Shown: one piece after another, positions 26,236 through 35,217 of the stretch
Layout: every line of letters starts with the position of its first letter
Position numbering within the stretch: position 1 is the stretch's first letter
IMG/VR virus record: IMGVR_UViG_3300031841_003468
Coordinates: 64,001-128,000 of that record
Reading direction: 5' to 3' (one strand)
DNA length: 64,000 nt
Source of the DNA: a virus
Translations under genes and position numbers: made by a program
Notes under the pieces: model-generated
Seen by the model: the letters and a program-made list of their open reading frames with translations, nothing else
Databases searched by the model: none
Told to the model about the DNA's origin: nothing

Positions 26236-26899
26236 GCAACAGAAGCATAGTCTTATATCAGAAATTAATAATTATGATATATTAATAGATACCCGTGAGA
26301 TTTTTCTACACGGTTCTCTAGACTTTTCTGAAGACACTGGTGTCGATCATATTATGGCAAATCAGTTTTTAAGAAACGTTAGGCTCTTAGAGTCTTTCAG
26401 TTGCAATACTATCATTGTGCACCAGCACAGTATAGGTGGAAACTGGGATGCAGGTATTATGATCTATGATATTATTAATCAAAGTCAATGTCCGTTCATT
26501 TTCATTTGTCATGGAATGGCCGCTAGCATGGGGAGCATTATTCCTCAGGCTGCTTACGATAAAGGCATGAGAATTTCAATGCCTAACTGTGATTGGCTTA
26601 TCCACGACGGTGTTGTGGGAACTGAAGGAACACTAAAACAATTCAGTTCTTACCATGAATATATTAAGAAGATAGAAGAAGTCACTATGAATATATATAC
26701 TAGTGTTTGTAGTGAAACTGGATCAAGATTTGAAGGAAAGACTTCTAGACAGGTTAATTCTACTATTAGAAAACAACTTAGACAGAAGGAAGACTGGTGG
26801 CTTACTCCTAGAGAAGCTGTCGAATATGGATTCGCTGACGCAGTGTTGGGGGATGAAGGATACGAAAACATTAAAGAGATAAAATCACTACTAGAATGA
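26219..26899 (+). CDS. clpP: ClpP-like serine protease
   Basis: REIFLHG, HSIGG, GMAASMGS, PN...LIH, DWWLTPREAVEYGFAD. Confidence 0.85.
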   Translation: MMKNTRQQKHSLISEINNYDILIDTREIFLHGSLDFSEDTGVDHIMANQFLRNVRLLESFSCNTIIVHQHSIGGNWDAGIMIYDIINQSQCPFIFICHGMAASMGSIIPQAAYDKGMRISMPNCDWLIHDGVVGTEGTLKQFSSYHEYIKKIEEVTMNIYTSVCSETGSRFEGKTSRQVNSTIRKQLRQKEDWWLTPREAVEYGFADAVLGDEGYENIKEIKSLLE

Positions 26900-28899
26900 G
26901 TAAAATAATAAAACCAAATATGGAACAGATTATTCAGGATGCTTGGCTTGGAATTGAAGTCGATCCTGAAACATTGTTTAACCCACTTAATTATATATAT
27001 GATCAAGGTGGGATAGACGACTTTGCGGACAGACTAGCTTGGTTATTTATGCAGCCAGAGTATTTTTACTTTGCCTGTAAATACATTCTAGGAATTGAAA
27101 TTACTCCCTTTCAGTCATTACTGCTAAAGGAAATGTGGAATAGGAAGTTCCCAATGCTCATCGGTTCTCGTGGTATGGGTAAGTCATTTATTCTATCTGT
27201 GTACCCTATCTTACGAGCTTTATTTATTCCGGGAAGAAAAGTAACTATTGTTGGTGCTGCTTTCCGTCAATCTAAAGTTTTGTTTGAATATATGGATACC
27301 ATTTGGAGAAATGCTCCAATCCTAAGAGACCTGTGCGATAGTTCAAGTGGGCCAAAGCGTGAAGTTGACCGTTGTGTTATGAAAATTAACGGTTCTGTTA
27401 TCACTGCGTTGCCTCTTGGTGATGGTCAGAAGATTCGTGGTCAACGTGCGAACGATATCGTTGCCGACGAATTTGCAACCATTCCTAGAGATATTTTTGA
27501 AAACGTTGTTGCTGGTTTTGCCGCTGTTAGTGCCTCACCTATCGAAAATGTCAAATACTCTGCTGCGAAAAGAAAAGCTGAAGAGCTTGGAATTGAGCTA
27601 GAAAAGTCAGAAGTTAAGACACCTAAAGAATCCATTGCCAACCAGATCATTATCTCTGGTACGGCTTACTATGACTTCAATCATTTCGCTGACTACTGGA
27701 AGCGATATAAAAGAATTATTAATACAGAAGGCAAAAAGAAGAACCTTGAAGAAATGTTCGGAGGCCCTGTACCTAAAGACTTTAACTGGACTGATTATGC
27801 AATCATGAGAATTCCTTTTGAAATGCTTCCTGACGGATTTATGGATAAGGCTCAGGTAGCAAGATCTAAGGCTACAATTCACTCTGGTATTTATCAAATG
27901 GAATATGGTGCCTGTTTTACTACAGACAGTCAAGGGTTCTTTAGAAGATCTCTCATTGAGTCTTGTGTTGCCAATAAGCATGATCCAGTTAAACTTCCTA
28001 GCGGAGATGTCTGGTTCAATGCTGTAGTTAAGGGTAATCCTAACAAGAAATATGTTTATGGTATTGACCCTGCATCTGAAGTTGATAACTTTTCTATTGT
28101 TGTTATAGAGCTAGAAGCTGACCACAGAAGAATTGTGTATTGCTGGACTACCAATAGACAACGCCATAAGGAGCAGATTAAAAAGGGTCTGACTAACGAA
28201 GATGACTTCTACTCCTTCTGTGCAAGAAAAATTCGAGACCTAATGAAGATCTTCCCTTGCGAAGAAATCGCTCTCGATGCTCAGGGTGGTGGTATTGCTG
28301 TAATGGAAGCTTTGCACGATAAAGACAAGATTCGTGAAGGCGAAGTAGCAATTTGGCCAAAAATCGACGAAAAAAAATGGAAAGATACAGACGGGGAAGC
28401 TGGACTGCATATTGTCGAATTATGCCAGTTTGCAAGGGGTGATTGGCTCGCTGAGTGTAATCACGGACTCCGAAAAGATATGGAAGATAAAATATTATTG
28501 TTCCCTTATTTCGATTCTGCCAGTTTAGGGCTTGCATTAGAGGACGATAAGAGATATAATAGAGTATACGATACTCTTGAAGATTGTGTGATGGAAATCG
28601 AAGAGTTGAAGGATGAGCTAGCGATGATTGTCGTTACTGTAAGTGATTCCGGTCGAGAACGATGGGATACACCTCAAGTAAAGGCTGCTGGCTCAAAGAA
28701 AGGTAGATTAAGAAAAGACCGCTACTCTTCTTTGATTATTGCAAACATGTCAGCTAGACAGCTCATGAGAGCACCAGAGAAAGTAGATTACGATACAATC
28801 GGCGGTTTTGCCGGAGGATTAAGGTCTGATCAGGATAATCAGGGCCCAATGTATCATGGCCCATCTTGGTTTACTGAAAAAATAAGTAAATTATATTAA
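26896..28899 (+). CDS. terL: terminase large subunit
   Basis: SRGMGKS Walker A, RGQRANDIVADE Walker B, YGIDPA nuclease motif, RKDRYSS. Confidence 0.93.
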   Translation: MSKIIKPNMEQIIQDAWLGIEVDPETLFNPLNYIYDQGGIDDFADRLAWLFMQPEYFYFACKYILGIEITPFQSLLLKEMWNRKFPMLIGSRGMGKSFILSVYPILRALFIPGRKVTIVGAAFRQSKVLFEYMDTIWRNAPILRDLCDSSSGPKREVDRCVMKINGSVITALPLGDGQKIRGQRANDIVADEFATIPRDIFENVVAGFAAVSASPIENVKYSAAKRKAEELGIELEKSEVKTPKESIANQIIISGTAYYDFNHFADYWKRYKRIINTEGKKKNLEEMFGGPVPKDFNWTDYAIMRIPFEMLPDGFMDKAQVARSKATIHSGIYQMEYGACFTTDSQGFFRRSLIESCVANKHDPVKLPSGDVWFNAVVKGNPNKKYVYGIDPASEVDNFSIVVIELEADHRRIVYCWTTNRQRHKEQIKKGLTNEDDFYSFCARKIRDLMKIFPCEEIALDAQGGGIAVMEALHDKDKIREGEVAIWPKIDEKKWKDTDGEAGLHIVELCQFARGDWLAECNHGLRKDMEDKILLFPYFDSASLGLALEDDKRYNRVYDTLEDCVMEIEELKDELAMIVVTVSDSGRERWDTPQVKAAGSKKGRLRKDRYSSLIIANMSARQLMRAPEKVDYDTIGGFAGGLRSDQDNQGPMYHGPSWFTEKISKLY

Positions 28900-28959
28900 T
28901 CTTGTGTATTTTATTTGGTAATCATATTATCAATTAGATTGATCTGGAGAGTGGACAAA

Positions 28960-31056
28960 ATGACTAACGATGGCTTTATAACTTGGGGCGACGACAAAGA
29001 CAGGTCGAGTGCCTTCCGCAAGGCAGCAGATAACATCGACCTATACGATGGTATCCAAAAAGCCTCTGCACACAGCAGAAACAACTATATGAACATTGAG
29101 CCGAATCGCTCTGTTCGTACTGGCTTTACCAAAAAAGACTACAATGGTTTCCGTCCCGGAGAAGCTGTTCCTAGTAAGCAAAAAGAAGCCATGAAGATGT
29201 GCATGGACGCTTATGATCGTGTCGGTATTATTCGCAATGTAATTGATTTGATGGGTGACTTCGCTACTCAGGGTATCACTATTACTCACCCAAACAAGAC
29301 CATCGAGAAGTTCTACAAAAACTGGTTCAATAAAGTCAACGGAACAGAAAGATCTGAACGCTTCCTTAACTTGCTATATCGCTCTGGAAACGTTGTAGTA
29401 AGAAGAAGAACAGCTAAAGTAAATAAAAAACAAGAAGTAGAACTAAAAAAGGCTGGTGCAGCAGACCTAGACATTGAAAAGTTTGAGTATGTAAAGAGAG
29501 AAATTCCTTGGCACTACGACTTTCTAAATCCTCTACATGTAGAAGTAAGAGACCAAGCTGGCAACTTCTACGGAGACAAGCAATACCTCTTAAGAGTCTC
29601 CAAGACCACAAAAAACCTTCTAAGCTCTAGTATGCACAACTATGAAACTTTACTAGACTCAATCCCAGAAGATCTAAAAAACAATATTAAAGATGGTATG
29701 GACTTCCTACCTCTAGAAAAAGGTAAGACTAAGTGCTTCCATTATAAAAAGGATGATTGGAAATCTTGGGCTAATCCTATGGTTTACTCCATCCTTGATG
29801 ACATTCTTATGCTAGAAAAGATGAAGCTAGCTGACCTCGCAGCACTAGATGGTGCTATCTCTCAAGTAAGGCTTTGGAAAATTGGTGACCTAGAACACAA
29901 GATTCTTCCAACCAAAGCAGCTATTAATAAGCTTCGTGACATCTTAGGCAGTAATGTTGGCGGTGGTACAATGGACTTAGTTTGGGGCCCTGAGCTTGAC
30001 TTCAAGGAATCTGCAACTCAAGTATACAGATTCTTGGGCTCTGAAAAGTACCAACCAGTTCTTACTAGTATTTATGCTGGACTAGGCATTCCTCCTACTT
30101 TAACTGGTGCCTCTGGCGGCGGTGGATACAGCAATAACTTTGTATCTTTAAAGACTTTAGTAGAAAGACTAGAGTATGGTCGTGACATCTTAAAGAGATT
30201 CTGGCAAGAAGAAATTAAAATCATTCAAAAGGCTATGGGCTTTAGACTTCCAGCCATCATTCATTTTGACTCTATCGTATTGTCTGACGAAGCTACTGAA
30301 AAGAACCTTCTAATTCAATTAGCAGATAGAGACATTATCTCTCACGAAACTCTTCTAGAAAGATTTAACGAGAACCACATGATTGAAAAGACTCGCTCTC
30401 GCAGAGAAGAAAAGTACCGCCAAAATGACAGGTACGCTGCCCAGAAAGCTAGCCCATACCATCACCCACAGCATCACGACGATTTAGTTAAGATTGCTCT
30501 TACTCAAGATAGGCTGGCAGATAAGTACCTTACAGACATGGGTATCCCAACTAAAAAGGCTCCAAAGCCTGAAGCTCCTAAACAAGGTGCTCCTCAGGAA
30601 GAAAAGCAGGAACCGACCGGAAGACCAGAAGATGGACGACCAAAGATGGCTAAAGACAGCCAAAAAAGAAAACAAAAACGAGTACTACCAAAGAGTGGCA
30701 CGGCATCTGTAACTACTACTTTATGGGCATTGAACGCTCAGAAAGAGATCTCAGATGTAATTATGCCAGCAGTACTTAATCACTATGGAAAGAAGGATAC
30801 TAGAGGACTAACTAAGGCTCAAGTACAAGAATGTGAAGACCTAAAGCTTGCCGTTCTCACTGCTACTAAGCCTAATTCCGAAATTACTCCTGAGGCTGTA
30901 AAGTCTGCTTTAGACTCCGGCTTGAGGCCATCATCCGACTTCCTATCTGTGGCATCTAACCTCAGTGAAGAGTTTGAAGCTCAAAATCTTCGTTCTCCAA
31001 ACACTGAAGAGATGAGATATATATACGCATCAGCTTACGCAAGTATCGCTGGGTAA
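28960..31056 (+). CDS. portal protein
   Basis: follows TerL; IIRNVIDLMGDF, IYAGLGIP motifs; size. Confidence 0.8.
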   Translation: MTNDGFITWGDDKDRSSAFRKAADNIDLYDGIQKASAHSRNNYMNIEPNRSVRTGFTKKDYNGFRPGEAVPSKQKEAMKMCMDAYDRVGIIRNVIDLMGDFATQGITITHPNKTIEKFYKNWFNKVNGTERSERFLNLLYRSGNVVVRRRTAKVNKKQEVELKKAGAADLDIEKFEYVKREIPWHYDFLNPLHVEVRDQAGNFYGDKQYLLRVSKTTKNLLSSSMHNYETLLDSIPEDLKNNIKDGMDFLPLEKGKTKCFHYKKDDWKSWANPMVYSILDDILMLEKMKLADLAALDGAISQVRLWKIGDLEHKILPTKAAINKLRDILGSNVGGGTMDLVWGPELDFKESATQVYRFLGSEKYQPVLTSIYAGLGIPPTLTGASGGGGYSNNFVSLKTLVERLEYGRDILKRFWQEEIKIIQKAMGFRLPAIIHFDSIVLSDEATEKNLLIQLADRDIISHETLLERFNENHMIEKTRSRREEKYRQNDRYAAQKASPYHHPQHHDDLVKIALTQDRLADKYLTDMGIPTKKAPKPEAPKQGAPQEEKQEPTGRPEDGRPKMAKDSQKRKQKRVLPKSGTASVTTTLWALNAQKEISDVIMPAVLNHYGKKDTRGLTKAQVQECEDLKLAVLTATKPNSEITPEAVKSALDSGLRPSSDFLSVASNLSEEFEAQNLRSPNTEEMRYIYASAYASIAG

Positions 31057-31140
31057 TTTTAGGAAAAAAAAGTTTTTCTCAAAAATTATTGTGTATTATT
31101 CTACAGAGGTCACTATAAAATCTATAGGTTATAAATTATT

Positions 31141-32724
31141 ATGAAAATTTATGCACAAGAAATCAAAGATGGGCTAGAACAGTCTATCACTGAAAACAGC
31201 ACCTTGGCATACGCATCACCAGCAGCTTGTACTGCTGAACCGAATTTAGAAGATGTAGCAGTCGCTACCGAACTTCTAAAGACTGAAGCGGAAAACAAGG
31301 AGCAAATAGATTTATACTACTTAAGTGCTATCTTAGTTAGTACTGGGTGGAATAAGAACGACGACGTATTTGATCCAGCAGAAGTTTGGACTGCACGTAA
31401 CACGCCTGAAGACAAGCAGTTTAATTTTATGCATAATGAGGCTGATATTATTGGCCACATCACTGGTAACTACGCCGTTGACTTTGCGGGAAATAAAATT
31501 TCCGACGAGCTTCAGGAGTCACCTGAAGAGTTCAACATTGTAACATCAGCAGTTCTTTATACTAGCTGGAGTGATCCAGATCTTAGAGAACGTATGAATA
31601 AAATCATTGCTGAAATTGAAGATGGTGACAAATGGTTCGTTTCAATGGAATGTTTATTCTCAAACTTTGATTATGCCCTAACTAATATGGCATCAGGCGA
31701 AACTAAAATTGTAAATCGTAATGAGGCGAGTGCTTTTCTAACTAGACATTTGAGAGCCTATGGCGGCTCTGGATCATACGGTGATTACAAGGTTGGTCGT
31801 TTACTAAGAGATATATCCTTCTCTGGCAAAGGTTTGGTAAGTAAACCGGCTAATCCAAGATCCGTAATTTTGAAGGAAAGCAATATGGCTTTCAGCGAAG
31901 CATCGGCTCAAACAATAGAAGACATAAACCTTATAAAGGAGTCTAAAGACATGAATCTAGAAAATAAGATTGAAGAACTAGAAGCTGCTTTGGCTACTGC
32001 TAATGCAACTATCGAAACTCTTCAAACTCAACTAGAAGAGACTGCTGCTCAAGAAGAACAAGCTCAGGCTGAAGCTCTTGAAACAGCAATGACTGAAAAG
32101 GACGAAACCATCGCTGGTTTGTCTTCTCAGATCGAAGAAGCTACTGCAAAGGTTGCTGAACTTGAAGCAACTCTAGCAGAAATTACCGAAGCAAAAGAAA
32201 TTGCAGAAGCTGCTCTAGCTCAAATCGAACTAGAAAAGATTACTGCTGCTCGTCTTGCTTCACTAGTTGAAGCTGGCCTAACTGAAGAAGCTGCTGAAGA
32301 AGCAGTTGCTAAGTTTGAGTCACTTGACGAAGAAACTTTTGCTGGAATGGTATCTTTACTAGACACTGTTTCCGTTAAAGAAGAAACTGAAGCTGAAGTT
32401 GCTCCAGTTGCTCTAGAAACTGAAGAAGAAGCTGCTGAAGAAGTTGCTGAAATCGAAGTTGAAGAAGTAGCTGAAGAAGCTCCTGCCGAAGAACCTGCTG
32501 AAGAAGAAGAAATCATCGAAGAACCTGCTGCTGAACTAGAAGAAGAAGCAGACGATGCAGAAGCCGAAGCCTCTGAAGAAGTTTTGGAAGAAGCTGAAGA
32601 AGTTGCAGATGTAACACTAGCTGAAGCTGGCGAACTTGTAGATCCTGCAGAGGAACTACGCACTCAGGCATCTACTTGGATTGCCGAACACGTTTTAACT
32701 ACTACTAAAAATATTACTGAGTAA
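31141..32724 (+). CDS. prohead protease / scaffold fusion
   Basis: N-terminal NKNDDVF..MH...IIG...VSMEC...FSGKGLVSKPANPRS; C-terminal Glu/Ala-rich coiled coil. Confidence 0.8.
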   Translation: MKIYAQEIKDGLEQSITENSTLAYASPAACTAEPNLEDVAVATELLKTEAENKEQIDLYYLSAILVSTGWNKNDDVFDPAEVWTARNTPEDKQFNFMHNEADIIGHITGNYAVDFAGNKISDELQESPEEFNIVTSAVLYTSWSDPDLRERMNKIIAEIEDGDKWFVSMECLFSNFDYALTNMASGETKIVNRNEASAFLTRHLRAYGGSGSYGDYKVGRLLRDISFSGKGLVSKPANPRSVILKESNMAFSEASAQTIEDINLIKESKDMNLENKIEELEAALATANATIETLQTQLEETAAQEEQAQAEALETAMTEKDETIAGLSSQIEEATAKVAELEATLAEITEAKEIAEAALAQIELEKITAARLASLVEAGLTEEAAEEAVAKFESLDEETFAGMVSLLDTVSVKEETEAEVAPVALETEEEAAEEVAEIEVEEVAEEAPAEEPAEEEEIIEEPAAELEEEADDAEAEASEEVLEEAEEVADVTLAEAGELVDPAEELRTQASTWIAEHVLTTTKNITE

Positions 32725-32751
32725 TTTAATAATACTAAGGAGTAAATTATA

Positions 32752-33219
32752 ATGGCTCTTAAAGCAGATCGTTATGAACTACAAACCGATATCAGCTTCT
32801 TCATGAATACTGCTGGTAATCGTGGTGGCGTTGTTAGCATGAGCACTGGTGGTACTGGTGCAGCTATGGATCAATCCGGTGCATTAGCTGTTTATGCAAG
32901 TGACCCATCTGGTAAGATGCCTCTAGGTATCCTACTTAACGATGTCGTAGACATCGACCTAACTCGTCAACACCTAAACGAGCACAAAGACGAAGTTATC
33001 AAGGGTGGAAAAATCACTATCTTGCGTAAAGGTTACGTTGTAACTAATATGATCAAGAGTGGTGTTGATCCAGTCGCTGGTGACCCAGTACACGTTGCTG
33101 CTAATGGTGAACTAGATAAAGAAGACGCAATCGGCGGTTGTGAACCAATCGGTAACTTCCTATCAGCTAAAGATGCTGACGGTTACTGCAAGGTTGAAAT
33201 CAACCTACCTCGTGCGTAA
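32752..33219 (+). CDS. capsid decoration/cement protein
   Basis: short beta-rich protein between scaffold and MCP. Confidence 0.65.
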   Translation: MALKADRYELQTDISFFMNTAGNRGGVVSMSTGGTGAAMDQSGALAVYASDPSGKMPLGILLNDVVDIDLTRQHLNEHKDEVIKGGKITILRKGYVVTNMIKSGVDPVAGDPVHVAANGELDKEDAIGGCEPIGNFLSAKDADGYCKVEINLPRA

Positions 33220-33271
33220 GTTATAACTTAAACTCATAAACCTATCAAGAGATAGGATGGAGAAATATAAA

Positions 33272-34282
33272 ATGGCTAATTTAAGCAAACCTTCCCCAGA
33301 AATGCTAGAGTTGCTAAAGCAATCTGGTTCTTCTGACAAAGCTGTTGCTCTAGAAGCTCAGCGTGAAATCGCTAAAGCTCTAGAAGCTCCACTACGTAAG
33401 GGAGTTCTATTTGGTGACGTTGTAACTAATATCTTCCAAGCTATGCCTATGGAAGCTGGTGCAACTCCTGAATTCCCATTAGACCTACTAGCTCCGGGTT
33501 CAGAAACTGAACACGTTGCTTACACTAATCCGGGTCACGGTCGTATTCCAGAACGTCACGTTGAAGGTGATTACATCACTGTCAACACCTACGGCATCAC
33601 TAACAGCATCGACTTCCTAAGTCGTTATGCCCGTGAAGCTCGTTGGGACGTTGTACGTCGTGCTCTACAGGTTCTAGAAGCTGGATTCGTTAAGAAGATT
33701 AACGATGATGGTTGGCACACTCTACTAGCTGCTGCTGTTGATCGTAACGTTCTTGTTTACGATGCCGATGCTGCTGCTGGTCAGCTAACTAAGCGTCTAG
33801 TATCTCTAATGAAATCAGTTATGCGTCGTAACTCCGGTGGTAACAGCGTTACTGCTCCGGGTCGTCTAACTGACCTATACATGAGCCCTGAAGCTATCGA
33901 AGACATCCGCAACTGGGGTGTTGATCAGCTTGATGAAGTTTCACGTCGTGAAATCTACACTGCTGGCGATGGTGCTGCTCCTCTAACTCGTATCTTTGGT
34001 GTTAATCTACACGACCTATTTGAACTAGGTGAAGGTCAGGAATACCAGACTTTCTTCACTAGCGATCTATCTGGTGCTCTAGAAAGCACTGGTTCTGACG
34101 TTGAACTAGTCATCGGTCTAGACCTAAACAACAAAGACAGCTTTGTAATGCCTGTTAAGCAGGAAGTTGAAGTATTTGAAGATGACAGTCTTCACAGACA
34201 GCAACGTCAAGGCTACTACGGTTGGGCTGAAATGGGCTTTGGTGTCCTAGACAATCGTCGTGTTATCTGTGGTAGCTTCTAA
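33272..34282 (+). CDS. major capsid protein (HK97-like)
   Basis: position, size, strongly biased codons, followed by terminator. Confidence 0.85.
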   Translation: MANLSKPSPEMLELLKQSGSSDKAVALEAQREIAKALEAPLRKGVLFGDVVTNIFQAMPMEAGATPEFPLDLLAPGSETEHVAYTNPGHGRIPERHVEGDYITVNTYGITNSIDFLSRYAREARWDVVRRALQVLEAGFVKKINDDGWHTLLAAAVDRNVLVYDADAAAGQLTKRLVSLMKSVMRRNSGGNSVTAPGRLTDLYMSPEAIEDIRNWGVDQLDEVSRREIYTAGDGAAPLTRIFGVNLHDLFELGEGQEYQTFFTSDLSGALESTGSDVELVIGLDLNNKDSFVMPVKQEVEVFEDDSLHRQQRQGYYGWAEMGFGVLDNRRVICGSF

Positions 34283-34319
34283 TTTCTGAAGCTAATACGT
34301 AATACGTAACAATATAAAG

Positions 34320-34356
34320 AATAGCCGTTGGAGTAAAATCTGGCGGCTATTTTTTT
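34320..34356 (+). terminator. intrinsic terminator after MCP
   Basis: AATAGCCGTTGGA/TCTGGCGGCTATT + T-run. Confidence 0.9.
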
Positions 34357-34452
34357 ATTTTGTGTATAATATGATAGAGGAATAGAAGAAACTCCTCTTA
34401 AAGTATACTTAAAAATAACTGATTAATCAACATATATAGGAGATATTTTACA

Positions 34453-34866
34453 ATGTCTGCAATGTCTAATTATTTGGAAGAAAAGCTAATCGACCACATC
34501 TTTCGTGGAACTTCCTACACTGCTCCAACTACTGTTAAGGTAGGCTTGGTAAAGAAATTTGTTGCCGCTGACCTAGAAGCTGGCACTCTAACTGAAGAAA
34601 TGTCTGGCAATACTTATGCTGCTCAAACTGTTGGGCCGGGTTCATCTGATTGGGATGCAATCGCTGGTGGTAATGGTGCTACAGCTAATACTGCTAGAAT
34701 TGAATTCCCTCAAGCAACTGCTGATTGGGGTCACATTTCTGGTGTTTACATTTGTGATGAGTCTAACAATGTTCTTCTTTACGGTCAATTAACAACTACT
34801 CGTTTTGTTCGTGACGGAGACCAGTTTGTTTTTGCTGCTGGCGACTTAGACATCACATTCGCCTAA
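34453..34866 (+). CDS. virion structural protein (fibre-associated)
   Basis: MSNYLE..L..IFRG...FP.AT.DWG.I...F.AG.LDIT common phage family. Confidence 0.75.
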   Translation: MSAMSNYLEEKLIDHIFRGTSYTAPTTVKVGLVKKFVAADLEAGTLTEEMSGNTYAAQTVGPGSSDWDAIAGGNGATANTARIEFPQATADWGHISGVYICDESNNVLLYGQLTTTRFVRDGDQFVFAAGDLDITFA

Positions 34867-34885
34867 TGATTAGGAGGGTATCACT

Positions 34886-35200
34886 ATGGCTATTCATGGC
34901 GTAGATATACCAGATGAAATTTTGGATCAAGTTGTTAATGCATTGGCATACAACTATGGATACCAAGAAAATATTGACAATCCTAATTTTAATAATGAAG
35001 AGCCAATCTCAGAAGAGAATCCAGTACAGGTTCCAAACCCTGAGACTATTGGTATGTTTGCTAATAGGTGTGTGAGAAACTTTCTAATTGATAATGTTAA
35101 AACTGCACAGGTTAGACAAGCTACTGAAGCTGCAAAATTAGCAGCGGAACAAGCTCTAGAAAGCTTAGAATTAGGTATAACCGATCCTGACCCTACTTAG
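34886..35200 (+). CDS. hypothetical protein
   Basis: AGGAGG RBS, in operon. Confidence 0.7.
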   Translation: MAIHGVDIPDEILDQVVNALAYNYGYQENIDNPNFNNEEPISEENPVQVPNPETIGMFANRCVRNFLIDNVKTAQVRQATEAAKLAAEQALESLELGITDPDPT

Positions 35201-35217
35201 TATAGGAGCTTTACCTA

